Of a DNA stretch of 30,388 nt, positions 7,908 to 14,983 are shown one piece after another. Numbering within the stretch: the first letter of the stretch is position 1; the number at the start of each line of letters is the position of its first letter. The notes beneath the pieces were generated by a model. That model was given only the letters and a program-made list of their open reading frames with translations, ran no database searches and was not told the origin of the DNA. This DNA comes from a virus (lineage: Duplodnaviria; Caudoviricetes). The translations under genes and the position numbers were made by a program. The stretch lies in the IMG/VR virus record IMGVR_UViG_3300037604_000007, positions 1 through 30,388 of that record; one strand, written 5' to 3'.

Positions 7908-8057
7908 TCACCTTCTTTTGTCATTATCTTTTGTTTTAGTTTTTAATCCGTTACTATTCATATTGCAAATACGTTGTATGCCATTAAAGCATCGCTTGTA
8001 ACTTATTTCTTCATTTGACTTTTCTACTACGTCTAAAAGGTTTTTATAATTTTCCAT
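7908..8057 (-). CDS. Small hypothetical protein, 49 aa (MENYKNLL...), reading through the core site at 7973
   Basis: Manual translation; A-rich leader; may be a remnant. Confidence 0.4.
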   Translation of the reverse strand: MENYKNLLDVVEKSNEEISYKRCFNGIQRICNMNSNGLKTKTKDNDKRR

Positions 8058-8076
8058 TTTTCTAACATTAATTAAC

Positions 8077-8304
8077 CTAAATACTATAATACCGTATCAA
8101 GAATTCAAGTTTGTTCTTCTTCTCTTTCCAGTAATTCCACTCTGGTAGTTCAATCCGAACAAAGTACTCTATTACTTTTAGCTCTTGCCTTGCCAGTTCA
8201 ACTATATCAGCCTTACTCATTCCCTTTATCAACTCCCTTACAAAAGTAGGACTGACAGATTCGGGTAAGCTATTCCTCACTAAGTTGTATATGACCCTAT
8301 TCAT
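8077..8304 (-). CDS. Hypothetical protein
   Basis: ORF in operon position; ATG at 8304. Confidence 0.7.
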   Translation of the reverse strand: MNRVIYNLVRNSLPESVSPTFVRELIKGMSKADIVELARQELKVIEYFVRIELPEWNYWKEKKNKLEFLIRYYSI

Positions 8305-8319
8305 ACCCAAAGATGCACA

Positions 8320-8730
8320 TTAACTTTGATATTTCAAAATTATAGAGTTAGAAATTTCCTCTCTTTTGTCAGCGGTGAAATTCACCATTTTATGAGTAAG
8401 CTGGTTATTCAGTTTCCTAACGTGGTGTCTAATCTCTTTGTCAAACTCTTTGAAGTTTTCAATTTGAGTTGATGAGTGTATAATTGTAGCGTGGTCTTTG
8501 TTTATGAATTTACCTATTTTAGTAAGGCTCTCATTAGTGTAGATTCTGCAAAAGTAAGCGTACAATTGCCGGGCATAAACATACTCCCTTAGCCTTGTTT
8601 TACGAGTCTTAACTTCTTCAAAATCCATTCCTAACTCCTTGCAAATAGTCTTTAGAATTAACTCCTTGGATAAGTGGCTTAATGGTTTAAAATTCTTGAA
8701 TGTTCCAGCGTAGATGTATGGATGTATCAT
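8320..8730 (-). CDS. DnaA C-terminal (domain IV) HTH protein
   Basis: R.REYVYARQLYAYFCR.YT.ESLTKIGKFINKDHATIIHS matches the DnaA domain IV signature. Confidence 0.88.
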   Translation of the reverse strand: MIHPYIYAGTFKNFKPLSHLSKELILKTICKELGMDFEEVKTRKTRLREYVYARQLYAYFCRIYTNESLTKIGKFINKDHATIIHSSTQIENFKEFDKEIRHHVRKLNNQLTHKMVNFTADKREEISNSIILKYQS

Positions 8731-9002
8731 TGTGCTTTCTGTATTAATTCGTTTATACTCTCCTTTGTTCGTTGATTGGAGTTGTAGTTCTCAATGCACC
8801 TCCTGAATAAATCAATCACCATTGGAGCATTCGCCTCTGTTAGGTTTCTATTACCTCTCACGATTGCCGTAAGTGTCAAAGGATTGTATGAATGATTTTC
8901 AGCTATCTCTTTAATATCTCCAATTTTTTGGTTGTAGATTATGTAGTTGGCTAACTCCTTACTGATTGGAGTTCCAAAATGTTTGTGTTCAAATATTGCC
9001 AT
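8727..9002 (-). CDS. Hypothetical protein, possible HTH
   Basis: IKEIAENHSYNPLTLTAIVRGNRNLT pattern; ATGA overlap. Confidence 0.6.
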   Translation of the reverse strand: MAIFEHKHFGTPISKELANYIIYNQKIGDIKEIAENHSYNPLTLTAIVRGNRNLTEANAPMVIDLFRRCIENYNSNQRTKESINELIQKAQ

Positions 9003-9006
9003 TGTT

Positions 9007-9246
9007 TTAGTTTTTAAAATTTGTGTTATCTATTAAATATTTTATCTCTTTTTTTGTCAAATTCCAGTCTATTACAAAATCGGAAAATTCTTCTTCAATA
9101 CTATTCCAAAATTGATAGGTTCCAGTTCCGTTACATTCTTCGCATTTAACTTCTCTGTAACAACCTCCGCAACATTCATTGCTTTGATTGTGGCAATTCA
9201 TTACTTCACTTTTACCACTTCCGTTACATTCTTCACAATTTCTCAT
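9007..9246 (-). CDS. DnaJ-type zinc-finger protein
   Basis: Two CxxCxGxG motifs (CEECNGSG, CEECNGTG) flanking C...CCGGC. Confidence 0.8.
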   Translation of the reverse strand: MRNCEECNGSGKSEVMNCHNQSNECCGGCYREVKCEECNGTGTYQFWNSIEEEFSDFVIDWNLTKKEIKYLIDNTNFKN

Positions 9247-9509
9247 AAGTTAAATAATTCGTTAATTTCTTTAAAGAAGTCTACTCCTCCGATTGTTGTC
9301 GTTACAATTCCACCAAGTTCCCTAACGTGGAATCTTAATTCTGCTCTTGTGTCAAAGTTCATAAATTCGGTTGCTCCATCTTTCCAGTCTTGGATGTCAT
9401 CTATTAGAGTTGAGTCTGTTGTCTTAAATTCCCCAGCGATTGCATAGTCTTCAATCACATAAACCTTGAAATTTCCTTGTCCTTGTTTTTTAATGATAAA
9501 ATCTGTCAT
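9243..9509 (-). CDS. Hypothetical protein, 88 aa
   Basis: Coupled ORF with A-rich leader. Confidence 0.75.
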   Translation of the reverse strand: MTDFIIKKQGQGNFKVYVIEDYAIAGEFKTTDSTLIDDIQDWKDGATEFMNFDTRAELRFHVRELGGIVTTTIGGVDFFKEINELFNL

Positions 9510-9525
9510 CTTGTTTTGGTTTTGT

Positions 9526-9541
9526 GGGGAGTTGCCTCCCC
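9526..9541 (-). promoter_or_regulatory. GC-rich hairpin with GCAA tetraloop between early genes
   Basis: GGGGAG-GCAA-CTCCCC on the - strand; no U-tract follows on that strand. Confidence 0.6.
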
Positions 9542-9549
9542 TTGTTAAT

Positions 9550-9765
9550 TTATTTAGTTACTACTTTTGCACTGATTAACGTGCAGGGTGTGCTAAATCT
9601 TTGAGCGAGTATTTGAGTTGCCCAAATGTTTGCAATTTCTTGGTCTCCGTACTCATTCCAGATTTTTTCTTTTGGTGTAATGTCTGCTACCATTATAGAA
9701 TTAGCAGCTATAATTCCGTTTCCGATTCTGCTGTTCGGCTTGTAAGTTATTTTCAAAGTTGTCAT
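9550..9765 (-). CDS. Hypothetical protein, first gene after a consensus promoter
   Basis: ORF with A-rich leader directly downstream of 9807-9837. Confidence 0.75.
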   Translation of the reverse strand: MTTLKITYKPNSRIGNGIIAANSIMVADITPKEKIWNEYGDQEIANIWATQILAQRFSTPCTLISAKVVTK

Positions 9766-9806
9766 ATTTTTTGGTTTTTAATTGTTGTTTTGTATTGATT
9801 ACATTA

Positions 9807-9837
9807 CAAATATAGAACACTTTTTTATATCTACAAA
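9807..9837 (-). promoter_or_regulatory. Consensus Bacteroidota promoter TTTG-N19-TATATTTG
   Basis: CAAATATA at 9807-9814 and CAAA at 9834-9837 on +; 19-nt spacer matches the -33/-7 consensus. Confidence 0.8.
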
Positions 9838-9855
9838 CTTTTTTGCAAAAAACTT

Positions 9856-10191
9856 TTAAAAATTTTCTTCTTTCGTGAATTTATTAGGCTTTTCAATCAC
9901 TTCCGATTGAATCATTTTGAGCAATATTGAATAGCAAGTAAGATCAAGCATTGAATCTTCAATAGATTCGTTGTTTGGTTCAGCACCTTGTAACAACACT
10001 CCAAGCCTTGCAACCTTTGTAGCAATCAATGATAAGCAATTCTGTTGAGCAGATAACCCAATAATGCTTCCAGCAAGTTTAAAGTTGCTTAAACGGTCTG
10101 TATTGGAATAGTCATTCCCCTTTTTAAACATAGTTTGTTTTACTTCTTCAATTATTACCTCAAATTGTTCTTGTTGCTCTTTTAGATTCAT
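9856..10191 (-). CDS. DUF1599 / nucleotide-modification-associated domain 1-like protein
   Basis: KKGNDYS...NF...K.ARL...NESIEDSMLDL..YSIL pattern. Confidence 0.7.
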   Translation of the reverse strand: MNLKEQQEQFEVIIEEVKQTMFKKGNDYSNTDRLSNFKLAGSIIGLSAQQNCLSLIATKVARLGVLLQGAEPNNESIEDSMLDLTCYSILLKMIQSEVIEKPNKFTKEENF

Positions 10192-10309
10192 ATTTTATTT
10201 TGTTTGTAAATCTTAGAAATTTTCTCCATTTCACACGAAGTCGATTAAGTTCGACCGTGTCAGTCTTTTCGTTAGAAACTAGCTTTAAAAATCTGTCTTT
10301 ATTGTTCAT
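10160..10309 (-). CDS. Small basic protein, 49 aa (MNNKDRFLKLVSNEKTDTVELNRLRVKWRK...), not in the ORF track
   Basis: Manual translation; ATG 10309, TGA 10160-10162. Confidence 0.6.
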   Translation of the reverse strand: MNNKDRFLKLVSNEKTDTVELNRLRVKWRKFLRFTNKIKYESKRATRTI

Positions 10310-10318
10310 ATTGCTTTT

Positions 10319-10453
10319 CTAAATTAACAAATTAAGCCTTAGCGTTATAACTGCGAGGTTCATAAACCCCACCTTTATATTAAGCATCTGTTTCTTATTC
10401 CCTATCTAGAAAGGGGTCAGTTCCAACGACTAAGGCTTAATTTGTTGGTTTAG
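10319..10453 (-). ncRNA. Candidate structured RNA or TIR-bounded element
   Basis: Perfect 17-bp inverted repeat (10326-10342/10430-10446) extended by further outer and inner stems. Confidence 0.5.
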
Positions 10454-10643
10454 TTAATCTTTCAATTCCTCTCCACAATTCTTCTGCGTTATCGTTCCAA
10501 ATATACTCACAAGTTTCTAATTTATGGTTAAACGGCACTTCCACAAAAAACAATTCTTCGTTATAGTAGTCAATCTTTGTAAATCTGTGGCACTCGTATC
10601 TTAACAAACAACCCTCGCCAGTACATTTAGTTAGTTCTTCCAT
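10437..10643 (-). CDS. Small Cys-rich phage protein
   Basis: TKC.GEGC.LR..C.RF...CEY pattern. Confidence 0.75.
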   Translation of the reverse strand: MEELTKCTGEGCLLRYECHRFTKIDYYNEELFFVEVPFNHKLETCEYIWNDNAEELWRGIERLTKPTN

Positions 10644-11197
10644 TAAATAATTTTACTTCCTTTACTTAAATTATCAAAAGCCCACAAAGGTTGTAAATTA
10701 TTATAATTACACAACCTTTTCAATTCTTCTTTGTCTTTTGCAGATGACAAAGGTATTATATGGTCAATATGCCATCCCTTTTTACCATAGTTATCCCAAG
10801 TCATTCCATTTTTAAATTTAGATTCTATATGTTTTTTAGCTTCATCGAATTTACACCCCAGCATCTTTTCATTAGAACTATCTTTTTTCCAAGAACTTCT
10901 ATTAAAAGCCATATTTGTTCTTTTTCTTAATGCAACCTTGAATTTGAATAAATCATCTTCTTTTAATTTGTTTCGCTTTCTATCTCTATAATACACCCTC
11001 ATTTTATCCTTGTTAGATTCAAGCCACTTATCCCTATTTTCTTTTATTTTTTCTTTGTTTTCTTCTCTATATTTTATATGATAGTCTTTTATTTTTTCTT
11101 TGTTTTTATTAGCATACTCCAAAACATTTTCTTTTATTTTTTCTTTGTTTTTTTTGTAGTATTCTTGGTTGTATAATTTTGTTTGCTCTTTATTCAT
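10643..11197 (-). CDS. HNH homing-type endonuclease
   Basis: MTWDNYG..WHIDHIIPLS...NLQPLWAFDNLSKG; N-terminal NKEKIK repeats. Confidence 0.88.
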   Translation of the reverse strand: MNKEQTKLYNQEYYKKNKEKIKENVLEYANKNKEKIKDYHIKYREENKEKIKENRDKWLESNKDKMRVYYRDRKRNKLKEDDLFKFKVALRKRTNMAFNRSSWKKDSSNEKMLGCKFDEAKKHIESKFKNGMTWDNYGKKGWHIDHIIPLSSAKDKEELKRLCNYNNLQPLWAFDNLSKGSKII

Positions 11198-12429
11198 AGA
11201 AATATTGGTTTGATAGTATTTTCAATACCTATAAAAGATTCTATTACGAATCCTCTGCGACCTTTTTTAAAATTTGTAGAAACCCATTGACTACTTGGAG
11301 AAAGTGCTGGATAGTTGTAATAGTAGAAGTCATCGGATCCAGCCATATCGAATAAGCATTGGTGCGAATCCCCTTTTTTAAATACTATCTTCTTTGCTTT
11401 CTTGTAAATATCGTTGTGTTTGCAATATTGGTCTATTTTCTCTATTTGCTTTGTATCGAGTTGTGGCTTAAATCCAAACTTCAATGTGCTATCGTCTTTT
11501 CCGTGAGTTATAACAAAGCAAACATCATTAACAAAGTAGTGGCTTATAAAGTTTCGGTAATTATTTACGGTTACGTTTCTGTATTTCTGTTCAGCCAAAC
11601 TTTTGAAAGCTGAATTTACAAAGTAACCAAACGACCCAGCGTGGTTATCGTTACAAATGTTGTTGAATTTAATCTCTTTGTAATGGTAGATTAACTTATT
11701 CAGGATATTCATCTTGAATTTCAAAGCAGTATCGAATACTTCTTCATTAGTCATATTCTGTGGCAAATCGTGACCTCCTCTTGTAGTCTTACCATTAAAT
11801 CCATCTAACAAATCCCCAAGTTCATCCACAATAAGCAAATTGCTGGTTTGATTTTGTACAATATTATGTACAATTTCATCTGATGCTTTGATCACTTCTT
11901 CAGCATTCCACTTTGTCGCATACATTGAATTCCCTTTTGAATTAGTGTCCATACCTATGTGAACGTCTGAATAGGTTAGTACGTCAAAATCTGATGGATT
12001 GTACTCTTTTGAAATTTCAACCTCAACTGGATTGATATGCTTTGAAATTATTAAATCAAAATCAATTTCTTCTTTTGAAATATCAATTACATTTTCTTTA
12101 AAAACTATATTATAAAAAGGTGTTCCAGTATGCGAAACAAGTTTGTAAGACGTTATGTCTTTTCGTGGTAGATTGTACACTTGGCAATATTCGTCAATCT
12201 CCATCATTTTACCCTCTTTACTCCAAGCAGATAAAAGAAATTCTTTCTTTGGTTTGTATTGGTTAGATTTTGATTTGCTTTTAACCTCAACTTTTACCCC
12301 TCTCATTTCGTCAAGTTTACTAACTTCTTCATCTGTTAAGTAGTATCTTGGGTTGCCGTGTCTGGTTTTTGGTTTTAAGGCAAAGCCTAGACTTATAGCC
12401 TCGGAGTTGTTCAGTCTTATTCCTTTCAT
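11194..12429 (-). CDS. Calcineurin-like metallophosphoesterase
   Basis: SDVHIG, GDLLDG, NDNH, THG and GDSH motifs in the canonical order. Confidence 0.82.
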   Translation of the reverse strand: MKGIRLNNSEAISLGFALKPKTRHGNPRYYLTDEEVSKLDEMRGVKVEVKSKSKSNQYKPKKEFLLSAWSKEGKMMEIDEYCQVYNLPRKDITSYKLVSHTGTPFYNIVFKENVIDISKEEIDFDLIISKHINPVEVEISKEYNPSDFDVLTYSDVHIGMDTNSKGNSMYATKWNAEEVIKASDEIVHNIVQNQTSNLLIVDELGDLLDGFNGKTTRGGHDLPQNMTNEEVFDTALKFKMNILNKLIYHYKEIKFNNICNDNHAGSFGYFVNSAFKSLAEQKYRNVTVNNYRNFISHYFVNDVCFVITHGKDDSTLKFGFKPQLDTKQIEKIDQYCKHNDIYKKAKKIVFKKGDSHQCLFDMAGSDDFYYYNYPALSPSSQWVSTNFKKGRRGFVIESFIGIENTIKPIFL

Positions 12430-12434
12430 AATAA

Positions 12435-12496
12435 CAAATATACTATAAAATTTTTTACTCTCGATTTTTTTATGTTAATTTGCATATAAATCGAGA
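12435..12496. promoter_or_regulatory. Divergent promoter region with inverted repeat
   Basis: -7 element CAAATATA at 12435-12442 (- strand); TCTCGATTT(12459-12467)/AAATCGAGA(12488-12496). Confidence 0.55.
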
Positions 12497-12499
12497 ATT

Positions 12500-12838
12500 A
12501 TGCTAAAACAGATATTAACAGACAAGGTGGATAAACTTTGGGAAGAATGCCAAGACAGAAACATTGGAAGTAACGAGGCTGAGCTTGACTTTAAGGCTAG
12601 TATCGTTGATTTTATGATTAGCGAGAAACATTTTAAACAAAATAACATCAAGAATTACTTAACCTACTTATTGATAATAGTAGCAAGCTTTATAACTTGG
12701 TTTTGTATTTTTTCGTTTGTATTTTTTTTCTTTAATTTGACAAACTGGAGTGAGAAGTCGGTACTAGCTTTTATATTTCTATCTGTATGCACGTATTTAG
12801 GATTAATAATAAAGTACGAAATCAAAAAAAACAAATGA
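12500..12838 (+). CDS. Membrane protein with two C-terminal hydrophobic segments
   Basis: Hydrophobic runs LTYLLIIVASFITWFCIFSFVFFFF and SVLAFIFLSVCTYLGLII. Confidence 0.75.
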   Translation: MLKQILTDKVDKLWEECQDRNIGSNEAELDFKASIVDFMISEKHFKQNNIKNYLTYLLIIVASFITWFCIFSFVFFFFNLTNWSEKSVLAFIFLSVCTYLGLIIKYEIKKNK

Positions 12839-13059
12839 AAAATTTAAGAAAAAAACTAATCTATGCACTTTATATTTTGTTGGTTGCTTTTACTTCTTGT
12901 ACTAACGAAAAAAACGATATTAGTAGAATTAAAATAGTAGAAACTACTGTAATTAACAGGCATAGACTAAGCATTATTAAGGTTGATGATAAAGAGTTTT
13001 TCGTGAACGCTAACGGAGGTATAGAACCATTAAGCAATTGCAACCAACCAACACAATAA
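12835..13059 (+). CDS. Small lipoprotein
   Basis: ATG 12835 overlaps the previous TGA; MKNLRKKLIYALYILLVAFTS-C signal peptide and lipobox. Confidence 0.75.
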   Translation: MKNLRKKLIYALYILLVAFTSCTNEKNDISRIKIVETTVINRHRLSIIKVDDKEFFVNANGGIEPLSNCNQPTQ

Positions 13060-13411
13060 AACCAATAATCCACCAGTTAAACTTCTTTGTTTCGTAATAT
13101 TTTACTGGAATCTTTCGCTCAATAACCTTATCAATAAAGATTGTATCACATTCCCCATTGATATAGACTGAATCCCTTATTTTAACCACCTTTACCGTTA
13201 GATTATCCTTTGTTACTATCACCGTATCAAACAACAAAGATTCGTGTACTATCGTATCTGAAACAACCTTATCTGTAGTTAATTGAATCGTGTCAATCAA
13301 TGTAACTGAATCTGTCGTGTGAACAAATGGATATTTGCGAACCAATCTCGAATGCCTTTTGATTGGACTGCATGAAGTTAAAATTAATAATATTAGGATA
13401 CAGTGTTTCAT
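13010..13411 (-). CDS. Candidate unimolecular spanin (N-terminal lipobox, C-terminal TM)
   Basis: MKHCILILLILTS-C, beta-rich middle, WWIIGFIVLVGCNCLMVLYL tail; directly follows holin and amidase. Confidence 0.65.
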   Translation of the reverse strand: MKHCILILLILTSCSPIKRHSRLVRKYPFVHTTDSVTLIDTIQLTTDKVVSDTIVHESLLFDTVIVTKDNLTVKVVKIRDSVYINGECDTIFIDKVIERKIPVKYYETKKFNWWIIGFIVLVGCNCLMVLYLR

Positions 13412-14001
13412 ACACCGAGAAAGTTGCAAATAAAATCAAAATGTAAATTCACAATCTTATCCTGTCCTTCTTCAGTCATGAGTATTTCCTTGCATTCCTT
13501 TTCATTTGTCATGAAGAAATTTTCCGTCAAAATAAATGGACAAATCGTGTTTCTTAATATGTAGAAATCATTATTTTTAACACCTCTATTCAACGAATCA
13601 GGAAATTCAACCTTCATTTGTTTTGAAATCAAATCCGCCATTACCAAAGAATCAACACTGCAATTGTTTGACACATGAACACTCCACCCATTCGCCCTTG
13701 CATCTTTAAAGGCATTGGAATGAACAGAAATACCAATGAATTCAGTATCAGGATTTGATTTGATTTCATTATTTATGAAATTAACTCGTTCACTCAACTT
13801 CATATCCGCTTCCGATGGATTTGCATTGAATACCTCAATACCTTTATCAGTTAATTTATCAGTCAATTTGGCAACAATCTGACGATTTCCAACTCCTTCA
13901 AAATATTGAGAACCATCATCCCAAATTGGTGACCTTTTCCCAGCGGTTTGGTAAACACCATCAATCATTCCACCATGTCCAGCATCTAAAATTACAATCA
14001 T
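13408..14001 (-). CDS. Endolysin, N-acetylmuramoyl-L-alanine amidase (Amidase_3)
   Basis: ILDAGHGG, E, ISVHSNA, F.ILR.T.CP.ILTENFFM motifs. Confidence 0.93.
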   Translation of the reverse strand: MIVILDAGHGGMIDGVYQTAGKRSPIWDDGSQYFEGVGNRQIVAKLTDKLTDKGIEVFNANPSEADMKLSERVNFINNEIKSNPDTEFIGISVHSNAFKDARANGWSVHVSNNCSVDSLVMADLISKQMKVEFPDSLNRGVKNNDFYILRNTICPFILTENFFMTNEKECKEILMTEEGQDKIVNLHFDFICNFLGV

Positions 14002-14435
14002 TTCTTCAATTCGTTTAAATCTTTCTTAAATTCTTTTGCTCTCTTTATTAAAGATCTCACAATCTCAACAAATGGTTTATTCCCTAACTTTTGACTTGTT
14101 TCATCAATTGACTTCATTTCAATGTATATCCAAAAGGCAGTAACCAATTTAACGCTTAATAATTTAATTCCAAATAATTCACCTTCAAATATCACCTTTG
14201 AAACAATCAAAGCAAATAAGATGCTGAAAGTGTAGAAGAAAGTTTTAACAACCACATTAAACAACTTGTCTGACTGATATTCTTTGTTTTTTATCGCGTT
14301 ATAAATTCCGAGAATTGTATCACCAGCAATTGCCATAATAACCAATAAAACCATTCCTTGAATTGGTGCAACAAATGTCGCAAATATCATACACAAAGCC
14401 ACAAAAGATTCCTTAATGTTGGTTAAATCATTCAT
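13998..14435 (-). CDS. Holin
   Basis: Several TM segments, DTILGI...K and IE..SIDE motifs, charged C-terminus; precedes the endolysin. Confidence 0.85.
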   Translation of the reverse strand: MNDLTNIKESFVALCMIFATFVAPIQGMVLLVIMAIAGDTILGIYNAIKNKEYQSDKLFNVVVKTFFYTFSILFALIVSKVIFEGELFGIKLLSVKLVTAFWIYIEMKSIDETSQKLGNKPFVEIVRSLIKRAKEFKKDLNELKK

Positions 14436-14983
14436 TTTATCAAGCTATAATTGAAACCATTACTTTTGCTTACCGAACAATCATCCCTTAAATGCCTTCC
14501 TTTTATATTGGTGCAATCGCATCCATTATCCCAAACATCAAATCCAGCATCACACAAATATGTGCGAATCACATCGAAATAACTATTTGCCCTTTGTTTG
14601 GATTGTTCCCAAATATCCTTCCTATCTTTTGAATCTGTGGTTTGACTGAAATCACTCAATTTAACAGTATTTCCGAATGGTGTGTCGTTTGTAACTCCAA
14701 AATAAGTGTATCTACCCCATGCAAATTCAACCAAAACTGCCTTCAATCCTTGTTGTGTCCATGTGCATGAATCTTTTTGAAAGTCACCACCATTCAATAA
14801 TTCGGAATAAACTGGATTTGTAAGATTTGCAAGCACATCGAAGTAAAATGAATTGCCCAACAACAACCTCAAATCTTGCTCCTGTGCATCTCTTATGTAT
14901 TCGTTTATTCTTGTAGTTGGTGTATGCAAAGAAATGTCTTTGTAATTCGCCAAATCTGCCGCATCAATTATCAAATCAATCAT
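14432..14983 (-). CDS. Probable head-tail adaptor
   Basis: YIRDAQ..DL..LLG..FY..., GLKAVL..FAWGRY pattern; follows the portal gene. Confidence 0.6.
   Translation of the reverse strand: MIDLIIDAADLANYKDISLHTPTTRINEYIRDAQEQDLRLLLGNSFYFDVLANLTNPVYSELLNGGDFQKDSCTWTQQGLKAVLVEFAWGRYTYFGVTNDTPFGNTVKLSDFSQTTDSKDRKDIWEQSKQRANSYFDVIRTYLCDAGFDVWDNGCDCTNIKGRHLRDDCSVSKSNGFNYSLIK

Larger units (their letters stand above)
6433..7985. mobile_element. Integron-like gene cassette array without integrase (CALIN-like)
   Basis: Six GTTR-N5-(C/A)AT core sites at 6433, 6795, 7147, 7518, 7677 and 7973 separate small genes; three belong to full ~130-bp imperfect palindromes; the ends of each intact unit are complementary. 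Confidence 0.8.

Noticed and set aside
6433-7985. CRISPR array
   Set aside because: The repeats are not identical, the spacing is 159-371 bp, and the intervals are genes.
9526-9541. Intrinsic terminator for the early operon
   Set aside because: On the coding strand the hairpin is followed by an A/C-rich leader, not a U-tract, so it is kept only as a generic hairpin.
10319-10453. tRNA gene
   Set aside because: No cloverleaf, no TTCRA T-loop and no acceptor stem with CCA on either strand.
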